From Orbicella franksi (Eukaryota), in the NCBI GenBank assembly GCA_964199315.1, contig OZ116709.1:1364001-1428000 (forward strand): 64,000 nt of DNA, read 5' to 3'. The position numbers and the translations under genes are program-made. The notes below the pieces were generated by a model that was given only the letters and a program-made list of their open reading frames with translations, did no database searches and had not been told where the DNA came from. Shown in pieces: positions 1 through 12,700 of the stretch; position 1 is the first letter of the stretch, and every line of letters starts with the position of its first letter.

Positions 1-116
1 ATCGTGTGCGTGCTTGCATGGAATTTTGGGCAAACAATATTATGATAACATTACTGAGAAGGAGTGAGAAACCTTGTGTAGTGATGGCAAATAGAATGTT
101 TCTGTTTTTGTATCAG

Positions 117-1947
117 TGCAAGGAGATGATTCACATTGTGAAGGTGTGGAGTAACAGCGTAGCATGGCGGAATTCCTCATCCACACCTAGTCAGTACCTA
201 CTGTCTCTACTCGTCACAGCAGCCTGTCAAGTCGTTCTTGGCATTGAGTATGTACCTTCTTTTGCTGCTGTTGGTTCAGTGCAGTATGTCTTTTATAAAA
301 TTCATAATTTCTAAGCAAGGGAAATTATACACTCCCAACTTTTCAGTAATAGAATTGCCATAATTTCAAAAGACTTGTAAATATCAACTGGCTTGCTCTT
401 TGCGAGTTGGTGTTTTTAACCTTGTTATGCTAAGTTTTAAATATTTGCTTCTGAAATTTGATTCCTTGGCCCTAATAGCCTATGTGCTATAAACACTGAC
501 CAATGGTAAACAAGGGGTTATTCATTTATTTATTTTTACAACAAGCCTACTAAACTTCAGAAATCATTGTACTCTTAAAGGGAAGATGATCAGTCTCATG
601 CAGTGAGGGCAGACAAAGATGTATTCTTGGAACTTGCAGACATGGTTGGTGACGAGTCACTCGAGTACGTTTTCTCAGTGTTAATAACTTGGGGACTGAT
701 CAATGTATATAACATTCTAATAAATGAATCCTTAAAACGTACAAAGCTGTTTTCCTTCACATCCTAAAAACCTACTTTTTAAAATCACATGCTGGCAAAT
801 TGTAGGCATACAATCCAGGCAGAGGCTATAGAACCTTAGCATTTTGCACGCACTGCGGACCTACTTCTTAATCTGAAAACTGCTGTACAATGTACATTTC
901 TTTACACATTTTTCTTGCTCTCTCTAATGATTTGGTATTGTAAATTATAAATCAACCACCTCCAAATAGTTTTAGTTATTTTAAAAATTTTCACAAACTG
1001 GACAAAATGCAAAATATCAAATATCTAACCTCTTCTTGGTTACTGTCTTCGTGGCCTGCATGTTCAAAAGTGATCGACACATGCTAACTATAACAACATG
1101 ACTGTGCTAATTGAAGCCACCCTTAATAACTATAGGAATTCTATGACCTCCAAACATGTTTTTTTCTTGAGCAAAAGCACAAAGATTTTGTCAGTTGGTA
1201 CTAAGTGACAAAAGCTGTGTTCACACTAGGCTGAAACATGATTAGTCTGATCACGAATAAAACATGTTTCGTTAGTGTTCACATCAGACAGTGCATTGCG
1301 CGAATCATGGTTGAAGCATGATTATTCTGAGCATGCTTGGACCAAACACTCAATCATGATCAGACCAAACACATTCAAATTGGCAGATGGATGCGGTGCC
1401 CAAAAGAACCAAAATTCGGGCTGTTATGAGGTCAAATGTCTAGCTGAAATATGGGTTGATAAAGAAATACAAAAGCAATTATCGGCGATGGGTAGAAAGC
1501 AGAATATTTGGGAGAACATTTCTGCAAAACTTAATGACAAATGTGAGTACCATGAAGCAGCATAAATTATACAACCATGCATGAAACATGTTTGAAACCG
1601 ACATCTGATGTGAACAATGCAATAACAAACATGTTTATGTGAAACATGTTTCCTTGGAACAAGTAAATATTCTAATCATGTTTCGGCTTTAATGTGAACA
1701 CAGCCTAATTAATTTTGGTTTGTGTAACTTAACTTCTGTTATTATTATTTACCTCTTATCTAGAGTGTTATGGAATGAGTATTACCTGGCAGAAGAATAT
1801 CCCAGGGAGAGTTTTCCAGTCCAATTTGAGCTGCCAATTATTCAAGACCCTGCCATTCCAGCACACAATGTGGCCTCTACTGACTTGGAGGACTGGGCAC
1901 AATTCAGGAGAGAGCTTTCAAAATGGGTCGCAAAATTAACACTTTAG
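117..1947 (+). CDS. 3' exons of a 2'-5' oligoadenylate synthetase (OAS)-like nucleotidyltransferase, C-terminal domain; 5' part lies outside the window
   Basis: Three phase-compatible GT-AG exons (117-247, 581-664, 1764-1947) give CKEMIHIVKVWSNSVAWRNSSSTPSQYLLSLLVTAACQVVLGIEEDDQSHAVRADKDVFLELADMVGDESLEVLWNEYYLAEEYPRESFPVQFELPIIQDPAIPAHNVASTDLEDWAQFRRELSKWVAKLTL*. Motifs resemble OAS domain 2 (LIRLVKHW, PPQYALELL, IYWTKYY, PVILDPADPTGNV), judged by eye. Confidence 0.7.
1213..1705 (+). mobile_element. Non-autonomous PIF/Harbinger-type DNA transposon carrying a Myb/SANT-like remnant, in an intron of the OAS-like gene
   Basis: About 33-bp imperfect TIRs ((a/g)GCTGTGTTCACA...GAAACATGATTAG), TAA on the right flank, repeated AAACATGTTT motifs. 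Internal ORF 1275-1565 (EVKCLAEIWVDKEIQKQLSAMGRKQNIWENISAKL) resembles the Harbinger trihelix DNA-binding protein. Confidence 0.7.
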
Positions 1948-4077
1948 GTCTGTTGTGCAAACTGTTGTAACATCATAAGATATGCAAAGGCTGGACTGAA
2001 AAAGATATTTAAAGAATTCAACAACCGTTATTTTGTTCATTTGTGATCATTGTAACTATTATAATTATAATTTAAAGTGGTGAACTTGTCATGTGAGGCA
2101 ACTGAGTGTTACAGTACAGTTCTAATGATAATCATTGAAGCAGATTGCTAGATAATCAATCTCCCGGAACCAGCAACTTTTTGTGTGCAGTTATTGAACA
2201 TAATTTTGTTTATAGGGCTGGGATTGTTTTCCATATATTTTGATCCTGGATCATTTTCCTGTATATTTACCTGACAAAGACTAGATGGTACCTATAAATT
2301 TTTCAATGTTTTAATCCACTGTTTATTTAGGGGCAGCACTTACAAAAACTCAATAATTGAATAAAACAAGTCTTACTTTAATTTTGTCCACCAAATAATA
2401 GCAGCAACCATATGTCAGTTTTGAACGTCAATGTCACTCCACTCCTCTTCCATATCAAAGTCAAGTAGATACATAGAAGCATGTGCAAGATGTTCTGCAT
2501 AAGCACTGCTGTTGAACTCTGATGTTTCAAAAGAACATTGCAAATGTTGTCTTGTGTGGCAGCTTTTTTTTTAGGGTAGGGCATTGAAAGTAAATGCAGT
2601 TATATTTTCACATGCAGGATTGACAGGGTTTGACAATCATACAGGTTTGACTGTACCAGTATCTACCAGCAGTGCACAAAAGATGTTTTGAAATTTCACG
2701 GTCAATGCTATTTCAGTACAACAAATAATACAATTATATTTATGAATGTTTTCCTTTCTTTTGATATGCTTGGAATGTATGGCAAAGTAGTTAGAATGTT
2801 TCGAACCTGCTAATAATGATATTTTATTATCGATATGTTCTACAGTGTTTTTGTTATCACCTTTGTTAACTTGAAAGTTATATACCCCCAGTATTACCAG
2901 CAAACAAATGTATTCGTTCATAAACAAAATAAATAAATAAATAAATAACATGAACAAAGAAAATATGAAAAATTAACTCTTAACTATTAATTATTGAATA
3001 AGTATTCTGCAGTTCAGCAAATCTATCTTCTGTTACTTCTTACAAGGATATATTAATATACTCACCTCCAATAACTGGTTAACATGCTATTTGAAAGTCT
3101 GTTTTGGTTCACTGTCCAGTAAAAGGTGCTTCCTGCTCTGTAATGTGAATCAATCCATGCTCAAAGTTGCCAACCTAAATATTTATTCCAATCAGCCAAA
3201 ATAAGTATACAAATATATCATACTTTATACACCTTTATTTGCGTTCAGGTGATTCATCAGCTCACTAAGAGCACTAGGAGATTATTTAAGTTCGTATCCA
3301 GGAGACATAGATACTCTGGGGGAGTTTGTTTCTCTATTTCATAACTGATCTTATTACAGAGATATCAACAGGACTGGTTTCTATTTGCATAACACTAAAG
3401 AACCCAATGATTTCTTTGCAGTCACTCTGTCTGAGACCTCTCCAGTAAAATCAAGAAAAGCCAATATAATTTTAATTGTCACATTGAAGGTGGCAGCTTA
3501 TTTCAGACTAAAACAGGTTGAAAACCATACATGTACCTGTGATACACTCCTTTATTTGTCATAAATAGTACCACAAGTGGGTATGAAAGATGAACCAAAT
3601 CCTATATTGTGATTGGCAACCTGATCAGGCAAGATGAGGTCAGGAGTGTCCACTGGGTTCCACAAGAAAAATTGTGTTTTACATGTACTGGTATATGTCA
3701 TACAATATATCCTTTATTGATCAAGCTTGTTTGGTCAAGAGGGCTGGATATTGGCTTTCTTCTTTTCTCATGTGACCTTGACTGCATCTCAGTCCACAAA
3801 CAAAGAACTTGACCTTTATCTCGACCTCTTGTATCGTCAATAACTTGTATTTGTTACATAGATCAATTAAATACCATAAATACCAAATATCTTATGGCTA
3901 AAGCTTAATTTCTTCATTGTCAAAAGTTTCACATGTAAGGATATTGATGTTGTCATAGTTACAAAATATGTCAGCCAATAATATAACAGCATCCCATTCA
4001 TGTGCTAAGTTCTGTAAGATGTCTTAGATTTGGATGTTTTCATCAATATCCGTATAACAAACGGAACATTACATGGC

Positions 4078-4628
4078 TGTATTATCATTTGTCTCACAAT
4101 GTAGTCACTTGAGATGTAGATCGCAACGTTTTGACTGCTTACTGCTAGTCTTCTTCAGGCGATAAGGTCGACTGATTGCACGGTATCATTTATATCACAA
4201 AGGTTGGCTGTGATTGGTGCATTTTGATCCTCCTATTGTTCCATTGTTCTGGCGAGTACCTGTTCCCTCAGTGGTCCGCTGTTGTACCGTTCTCCTGTTG
4301 CTGTGTTTTTTGATCATGGGCATCCATGCTTCAGGAATTTCAATTCCACTATCCCTGTTGATGTTATTAGGGTGAAGTCTTATGTGAATAGCTTCCTTGA
4401 CCCTATGTGTGTACCAGTGAGGATCTCGATCAATAAACTTGACCTCATTCCAGATAGGATAGTGGCCTGTCTCGTGGGTGTGTTCAGAAACGGCAAAGGT
4501 CTGGGTACGGGCGAGTCATATATCCCTGTCATGTTCTTTGATCCTCTCCTGCATAGATCTCCCTGTTTCCCCAATGTAGACTTTGCCGCACACACAGGGA
4601 ATCCTGTAGACAACACCATCTTGCCGTT
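4078..4628 (-). mobile_element. Penelope-like retroelement 3' fragment (GIY-YIG endonuclease plus 3' terminus), decayed
   Basis: Minus-strand translation QDGVVYRIPCVCGKVYIGETGRSMQERIKEHDRDI*LARTQ...EAIHIRLHPNNINRDSG contains the GIY-YIG VY...YIGET motif and one in-frame stop. Confidence 0.85.
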
Positions 4629-4804
4629 TTACCTTATGTCCAAGGAGTTTTGGAGTCTCTCCACCGCTGCCTAGAACAACAAGGCATTTGCACTGTCTTT
4701 AAGTCTGACACAACACTTCGGTCACACTTAGTGCAACCAAAGGACACCGTCAACCCCGCTAAACAAGATGGTGTTGTCTATATTGTGAGACAAACGATAA
4801 TACA
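4629..4804 (+). mobile_element. Second, inverted Penelope-like fragment (segment upstream of GIY-YIG) fused to a copy of the element terminus
   Basis: Translates as LPYVQGVLESLHRCLEQQGICTVFKSDTTLRSHLVQPKDTVNPAKQDGVVY. Shares CAAGATGGTGTTGTCTA with the minus fragment. 4776-4804 is the reverse complement of 4078-4106 (26/29). Confidence 0.75.
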
Positions 4805-5585
4805 CTTTATTATTGCATCTACCATGATGAATAACAACCTTTTCCTCAACTTTACATGGCTGCTTGGACAGGGATAAGAATTTTATCTTCCCATGCTGAT
4901 ATTTCTCACTCATCCACTGTGCTCACTGGTGTTAGATACCATCAGCACATGAAGATTAAATTTGTTTTTACCACAACTGCTGCTAATCTCGCAATCTGAT
5001 TGGCTAATTTGCCATTGTCTATAAGAGTCCATACCACGCTGCTTGCTTCAATGTGTCACGCAATGCCTTTATCAGCTCACGCTCTGAAAAAAAACATTTT
5101 CTTTGACGTTGATATTGTGGTAAAAAACAAATCAAAATGTGGTTTAGCGTGGTCTGTACCCTTATCGACAATGAGTATACATAATTACTCTTTTCCAAAA
5201 CATTTTTTTCTTATTGTGCAGTACCAGAAAACATCTATACTCCCCCCACAGAAGGTATTTGAATTTCCTGGGGGGACGGGTTCTCTAAGACCAAAAAATT
5301 TAAAGAAATGTATCAAGTTTAATTGAAATTTCCAGAAGGGTGGGGGCAGTCTTGGAAAAAATCCCTTCCGTGGGGGAGGTATGGATATTTTCTAGAACTA
5401 CACATTGTTTCTGCATGTTGAGTGAGTTTGCAAAAGTCTGATGCATACGAGTAGCTCATTTGCATAGTGCAGCGCATGCACTTTCAAGTCCGAGTCAATG
5501 TTTTCAATCGTCAACAAATCTTGACAAAGGTTTCTTTATCTTTGATATTGTGGTAAAAAACAAATCAAATGTGGTTTAGCGTGGT

Positions 5586-5720
5586 CTGTACTCTTATTGA
5601 CAACAAGTACACGTCATCACAGTGGTCAAAATTTGTTGTGGACTCACTTGGCCGTGCCTTGTGAGTTCACAACATTTTGACCACTGTGATGACGCATACT
5701 CATTGTTGATAAGAGTACAG
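5586..5720. repeat. Palindromic fold-back (MITE-like) interspersed repeat; related arm sequence at about 5100-5180
   Basis: CTGTACTCTTATTGACAAC...CAGTGGTCAAAAT(T)TGTTGTGGACTCAC is mirrored by GTGAGTTCACAACATTTTGACCACTG...GTTGATAAGAGTACAG. Confidence 0.8.
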
Positions 5721-6734
5721 TCCATGCTAAACCACATTCGATTTGTTAAATCCCCACCTGGTCATGTTTTATCTCCTATTTATAAAATAACTGAGCTACT
5801 ACATGCGCTCTCATTGGTCGATAGGTGTGTTTAGATGAGAGTATGTAAACATGGTTGCGATGTTTTAGCTTCACACATATTTTTGAGAATTGTTTTTTAC
5901 AAGCAATAGAACACAGTCTTTTTCCATGTTTACATAGCCTCATCTAAACACTCGGGGGTTGGGAGAATTCTCGAAAGTTATGCAAACCCTTGACTACATC
6001 TCGGGTTTGCATAACTGTCTTGAATTCTCCGAACCCTCCTCGTGTTTAGACGAGGCTATATAAACACGGAAAAAGTGTTCTATTGCTTAAATCTGGTGTT
6101 TGGCCCTGGACGTTGAAAGAAATACTGAAGTTAGTAATCATATCTCATTCCACCTCTTGTAAATTTGCATCAAAACAGAGTTCTCTACAGTGATGATTGT
6201 AACTATTTTATATTTATCACCTTTCCTCCTCCAATGTTCCCACATCCATTTGTTGTCCTTATGTCCAGCAATGGTTTTGGAAGGACTTTTCGATGAAGAA
6301 GAATTTTCCGATCCTGCCACTGGGACGAAAACAAATATTGCGTTTTGTCTTGGATAGGACACCCCGGCAGAGAGGATGTGTATTTAGATGAACATATCTG
6401 AGAAGAATCCTAGAATGTATCAAGGAGGAACTTTGCACTATGTGTTTAGCTAGAATAGTGCCATGTTCAAAATAAGTGTGCACAGGCTTTCTTTCAGACG
6501 GTCTCTTATGTAAACCTCTGCCTGAAAGAAATCACTTCTCGTGAGTTTTTACATGACAATATTAAAGTACGCTGACAGTCTTTTCAAGGCGCAAGTAACT
6601 TCCACCAATCAGATGCTTTGTTAGAAGACGCGTGTATTTCAAACAGTCGCCGCTCGTTTCGCAAAAACAGCAATCAGGCGAACAACAAATTGAACACTAA
6701 AAGAGAACAATATTGATCAATTGCTGCTGTTACA

Positions 6735-9700
6735 ATGTTGAGAAGTCCACGAGTAGATCAGGAAAATCTTCCAATTGGGGTAACTTTAAGTTTTAATTTA
6801 TTTACTTCGTATTGTCATCAAATTGAAGCCCAGCTGTTTCCAGTACTTGACTGTGGTTAGCTTGGCTTTGATTATTGACGAATACGTAAGCTTAATAGTG
6901 GTAATATGACTGAGTAGAGTCCAATTTTAAAATTCAGTCTGTAATCATACGAGTGATTTGTGTCCGATTTGTTAATCACGAGTATGATTTCAGACTGAAT
7001 TGGACGACATGATGTCCTGTTAGCAATTGATCATAACCATTACCATTTCCCACAAAAGTAAAAGTTTCATTTGAAAAAAAGCTTTCAATAGTCACTTTTA
7101 AATACCATTATTAAACATATGGAGAATAGCTTGCAAAATGGCTGTTAAGTTTCTTTCAAAACAGTCACTGGAGACTAAACCTCCACAATTATTTTAGTCA
7201 GTCACTCTCTTGAATTGGTTACTATAGTGATTGTAATCAATGTTGTGACTGGTGGATTTAGTGGAGAGGACTTAAAATGATTACCTCATGTAACTGTCTG
7301 ATTACAGGTGTCCGATTGCAGCCAACTGTCTTATTATACTTTCTGATTACAACTTTGCAGATTAATTAGAGCAAAATACAGCAGTTTATGCACCAATCCC
7401 ATTTGAGGAAATTGTAATTGTTATGATTACTTGTAGTGTTCACTTTTATACATATAGAGTAGCCAGAGTTCTTAGATTGAACCCCAAGACGATCCACACA
7501 GAAATCATCATCTCTGGGAAATTCAGTCAATAAACTTCTTTCTGTTAACTTATATCAATATCAAAATCATGATAACAAACTCTGTTTCTATCTTAACCTT
7601 AGTTGAGCATTTTCATGAGTTTGAGCTTTTGTTTATTGTCAAGATTATGATATATCAAAAACAACGAAATATCTTGGTTGAAATGACCTTATACCCATTG
7701 CTTAACATCCCGATCTTGTTCAATTTGAAATTTCAGTTGTACTTGTTAAATATATGTAGGTAGAAACTGAACGTTCATTTCAGCACACAGCATACAGCAC
7801 CACAAAACTTATGTTAAATTGTGACTGATTGACAGGTGGCAGCTCTGATCACTCCTTCCAGACACCCACTGAAGAGTGTTGTGGACAGTCGTGTAAACAA
7901 TGGCACACTTAATCGAATACAACGTTCAGACATTTCAACAAAGATATTGTTTAAACGTAAACAAAAATCAAAGAGGCTCAGTGCCCCTTTACACAACTTA
8001 CGGCAGCTGGTGCCCACCCTAGTCAAGACACAGACTCCATCTCCAATACAAGAGGAATGTCTTAATAATGACAAGGAAACTATTCAGGATTTGCCTTCTT
8101 CCAAAGACAAAGATGCATCTGAAGAACACTTTATGAGGAAAGTTGTTGGGAGAAATGTGAATGAAGTGGAACAGGTTTGAAGTGAATCTGTCCTGATTTT
8201 TTTTTAAAAAAACAAGATTTAAAATACACTGTCTTGAGGCGTGAAATAAATCACACTTTGGATGGAAAATTTCATCTTCAAAGTGCCATAGTGCCAGAGT
8301 GTTCTTATACTGATTTATAATGTCAGGCTAGTGTGTTATATGGAAGAAGCTGAAGTTAGTTGAACCAGTTTGCAATATTATTGGCAACAAAACAAACACT
8401 AAAGCAAACTCAACTTATGTATACCTCCCAACTCAAATATGTTTTCTGATTGGAGGAGAATGTATCATGTGTCATGAGTCAAAACTCACTAATTCCCCAG
8501 GAAAACAACAACTTGAATTTTCAACTCACACGTGATCAGGTTGTGCACCTTGAAACAGCGGCAAATTTGTGTGACAGCCTGCATCAAGCAAATATTTTTT
8601 GCAGGTTTTTCTATTTTTGAGTTGGGAGGTAAAAGAAAACACTTAATGACTTGCCCAGCAGGAAACAGTGAGTTTCGTTTCCTCTTGACAACAGGAACGT
8701 CGAGGGTCTCAGGGAAACCAAACTAACTGTTTCCCTTGGGACCAGTCATTAAGTGCTTATCGCCCTCAGCTTTCCAGATTTGAGATCAATTGGCATGATA
8801 AATTTTGACTTAGAATAATTATCAAGGTAAGTTAATTTATTTGCTTCTAACTGTCGGGAAAGCTTTATTCTGCTTAGATTTTCTAATCATCAGTGTTTAG
8901 ATCTGTTGTTGTGATTGTACTGGTAATTTAGATTATAATAATTTGAGGCAGTTCATGTGTTTTAAAATTTACAGTAGTTTGATTGAAACATCTGGCCAGT
9001 GGTTACAACCAATGGAAAAACTAGAAATAATCCCCATCAAAAGTAACTAACAGCCCATGACCAACAGCCATAACCCATTTTTGTGTTTAATATTTTTTTA
9101 TAGAATGTCATTTCCAGAATACCAAGAAAAAAATTTTTTTTGTAGTTAAAAAGTTAATGTTATTCAAAATGGCCCTCACTGTAACAGCTGTTCAAGGCCA
9201 CAAATTTAAGAATTCACAGCAGTTAAAATTAACATAAATCAAATTAAAATTGTTTCTTCATACAATATTGTAAACACTTTCCATGTAAACACTATTAATA
9301 CTTATTATTTATAATTTCTTTCACCAGAATGAATCAAAGTTGAGGCAAGCAGAATCTGTAGCCAGTAAAATGGAAAGTAATGAGTCGATAATTCTGCAGA
9401 TGAATAAAGAAAGATTACGACTTGAGAGGCAGTTATCTCTTCTGATGAAGGTAAGTTTCTTGCTATTTGATTACAGCCAAAAACTATATATTAATCATAA
9501 ATATATTTTGGTAGTACAACTAGTAGGGCTGTTGAAAGTGTATAGCTGGACAACACCATAAATTAATATACACATATGAGTCAACATGCTTTGACAGAGA
9601 GTTATATATATTTTCTTAAAAGTAAAACATTATTATAATCACAAATAAATTACTGTGAATGTCATGCATAAATTATCTCTAGTTAGCATTAAATTGAACC

Positions 9701-12700
9701 CATTATTTGCTATGAGGTTTACTTAAAATAATATTATAATAAAGAACATTTGAATTTAGTGCCAGCAAGCATTGACATGTTGAGCTGAATGATTGTGAAT
9801 TGTTAAAACCAGTAGCATATTTATGTATATAACGCACCTTGTGCATTATACGTGAGTACTTCTCTTGGTATAAGGCAGATTCGTTAAATACCTTGTTACT
9901 GTTGAAAATTTATTAAAACTGGTAAGAGAAACAAGATAATCTAAGATTTAATTGCGGATCTTTCAGGAGCATGTTATAACAAAAAAACTACAGCATGGTG
10001 CTTCTACCACAACTACAACTTCAAATGCTGGTGCACTTGAAAGGGAGTTAGCTTTGAAAACAAAAGAACATCTTGAGCTGCAAGGGCAGCATGATCAGTT
10101 ACAAGAGATGCTTTTAGAACTTCCAGTTTTGAAGAAGGACTTACAGAAAAGCAGGCAGGAGACAAAGGGATTGAGCGAAGTTCTGTTCTCAAGCCGCAAG
10201 GAAACTGCCCAGCTGAAAGATCTTGTGGCTAAACTGAACAAACAAATAAAAAGCAAAGAAACTCTTAGTGAGAATTATAAAGAACTTAAAGGGACTTTAG
10301 AGAATATAACACAAGAAAGAGATCAAAATATTTCTGAAGTAGAAAAACTAAGTAAGCTGCTGGAACAGAAGGACAGTGAACTTCAAAGAAACAGAAGTCA
10401 CTGCACTACATTAAAAGGCCTAGTGGATAGACTTGAGGTGAGAAGAAATGGTCAATATTTTGTAGCAGTAAAAAGCATCTTACCAGTAAAAGATACCAAG
10501 TGTATGGTTCAAGCTCAGTCTTTGTTGTATAATGCAAGTGAAGATAATTCTAGTCCAAAGATCAAGAGACATCACGTGGCTAAGACTGTCAAATAGTCTA
10601 GTAATTATCCTCTTTTTAGAGCAATAATTTTTTATTAAGCCCCATGCCAGCTTTTCAAGGCTCCTGCTAAGTTTGTTTACCTTTTTGGCCTTGTAAAACT
10701 TATTCAGTCACCCATGGAATCTGGTTAATGTGTGGTTTGGTGATCAAGTTTTTTCTAGCATCTTATATCCTTTTTCCCATGCCCTCAAATTGATATTTAA
10801 TAACTAAAGCTGTTCACTACATCTTTTTTTAACACAAAAAGGCAAATCTTTTTGTAAGTGAACAGTTACCTTTCCACCTTTCACAAACCAAACTTTTGAG
10901 ACGTGCATCCCATGTCAGGATGAGGTGAATGAGAAAAGCCTTCAAGTGTTTGTGCTAGGTAATACAGGTGATGTCTGTATTTCTTCCATGACAGAATGCT
11001 TCTTCAGAAGCTGAGAGATATGTTGCCTCGAGTAAGGAGAATGAAACAATTCTTCAATATCAGGTGATATGTTGTCTGAGTTTTTAATGTTTTTTTTTAT
11101 TTATGACCATCTTGAAGTACAAACCAGTGTTATGATAAAGTAACTTGAAGACAGCAACAGCCACTAGTCAACACACATTACACCTTATAGCATTGTCATG
11201 TATACTTTTATGCTTCTGTGCTAACTACAAGCTTTCTCAAAACAGCTATATACTCCAGGTTGCTGATTCAGCTAACATTGTCTTTATTGAACAGGCCACT
11301 ATTCATGACTTTTTCTCGTTTGCTGTCATCAGATAGATGAACTAAGTTTGTCATTAGAGACAAACTCACAGCTTCTAGAAGAGAGCAGAAGGCATTGCAT
11401 GAACAGAGATGAAGAACTTAGACATTCAAGGTAATAACATCTCTTCCGCTGACATCAAAACAAAGCTTGTTTGTCCAATAGGCTTGTTCTGGGCTATCAG
11501 ACAAGGTTTTCTTACCCTGTTCTTTTCAAGCCAGTCTTTGGTAATGCAATGTAATCACTTGGGTAGTGACCTCGGGTTCTTCTTTTAGTGAGCTGTCAGT
11601 TGCTAGATTAACAAAGTTTCAGTGTAGTAATGCATAGTTTATAGGGACAGTTCATAATGATGAGTCAAAGGGGATTTCATATCACTGAGAATTCACACTG
11701 TATAATTGTTTATTGTAGTATAAATCTCTTGATTTTTTGATGCTTTTTAATAAGCACATGTGGCATACCAATAAAGAGCTATACATAACAGTGCAAGGGC
11801 TATTTTTGTCAATTTCAGAGAAAGAGAAAAGGTGATGAAAGAGCAATGTGACAGACTAGTTGGACAAACTGACTGTTTGACAGCAGAGCTTGACATTCAT
11901 AAAATGGAAATCTCAAGGCAAGAAGATGTTATTAACCAACAAGAGACGGAATTAAATGCTTTAAAAGTGAAGCTTGCAACATCCCTGGAACAACTAGAGG
12001 TATGAGATAAATCAGTGTAATATAATTTATAGAGAAATCTAGCACTGTATGTTCCTTGTTTAGCCTTTGGGCTCATTGTGAGTTTTGAAAAAAGCACGAC
12101 ATTTTGTTGGAGATTAGCCTTTTACTTTTTCCATACCTGACCATATTGGCACAACATAGGTCCATAATATCATTATTCATTGTTTCCAAGTGACAGATGT
12201 AACCATTCATAAAATACTCTCTAAATGCTTTATATCATTTTGTCATATTGTATGTGTACATATTCTGTATTTTCAATATCCCACAGAGAAAATATCACTA
12301 ATAATTATTATAGTTAAAAGTAAATTTTGTACTTCCAGTCTTCCTAGTTGAAATGCGTACTTACAGGTACTCTATTAATGTAGAGTTTCACTGATAGGTG
12401 GTAACAGCCTGTCAACATTTCTACTGGTTGGACAATTATTTAAGAAATAGAAAACATGTACCGTGTTTCTATCGAATTATAGAAACACGAGTGGAAGTTT
12501 TGGAGAACGAGAAATGCTGTGGGAACATGAGCCGCAGCTGAGTGTTTCCACAGCTTTTTCGAGTTCTCCCAGACTTTCACGAGTGTTTCTATATCTCGAT
12601 AGAAACACGGAAAACATGTTTTCTGTTTCTTTTAGAAAACACCTCGACGGAAAAATGGCAAACAACTTGTTAACTTTGATCATCAAAATGTAAATTCTCT

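Noticed and set aside
4282-4674. 130-aa plus-strand ORF
   Set aside because: It is the antisense shadow of the Penelope GIY-YIG coding strand.
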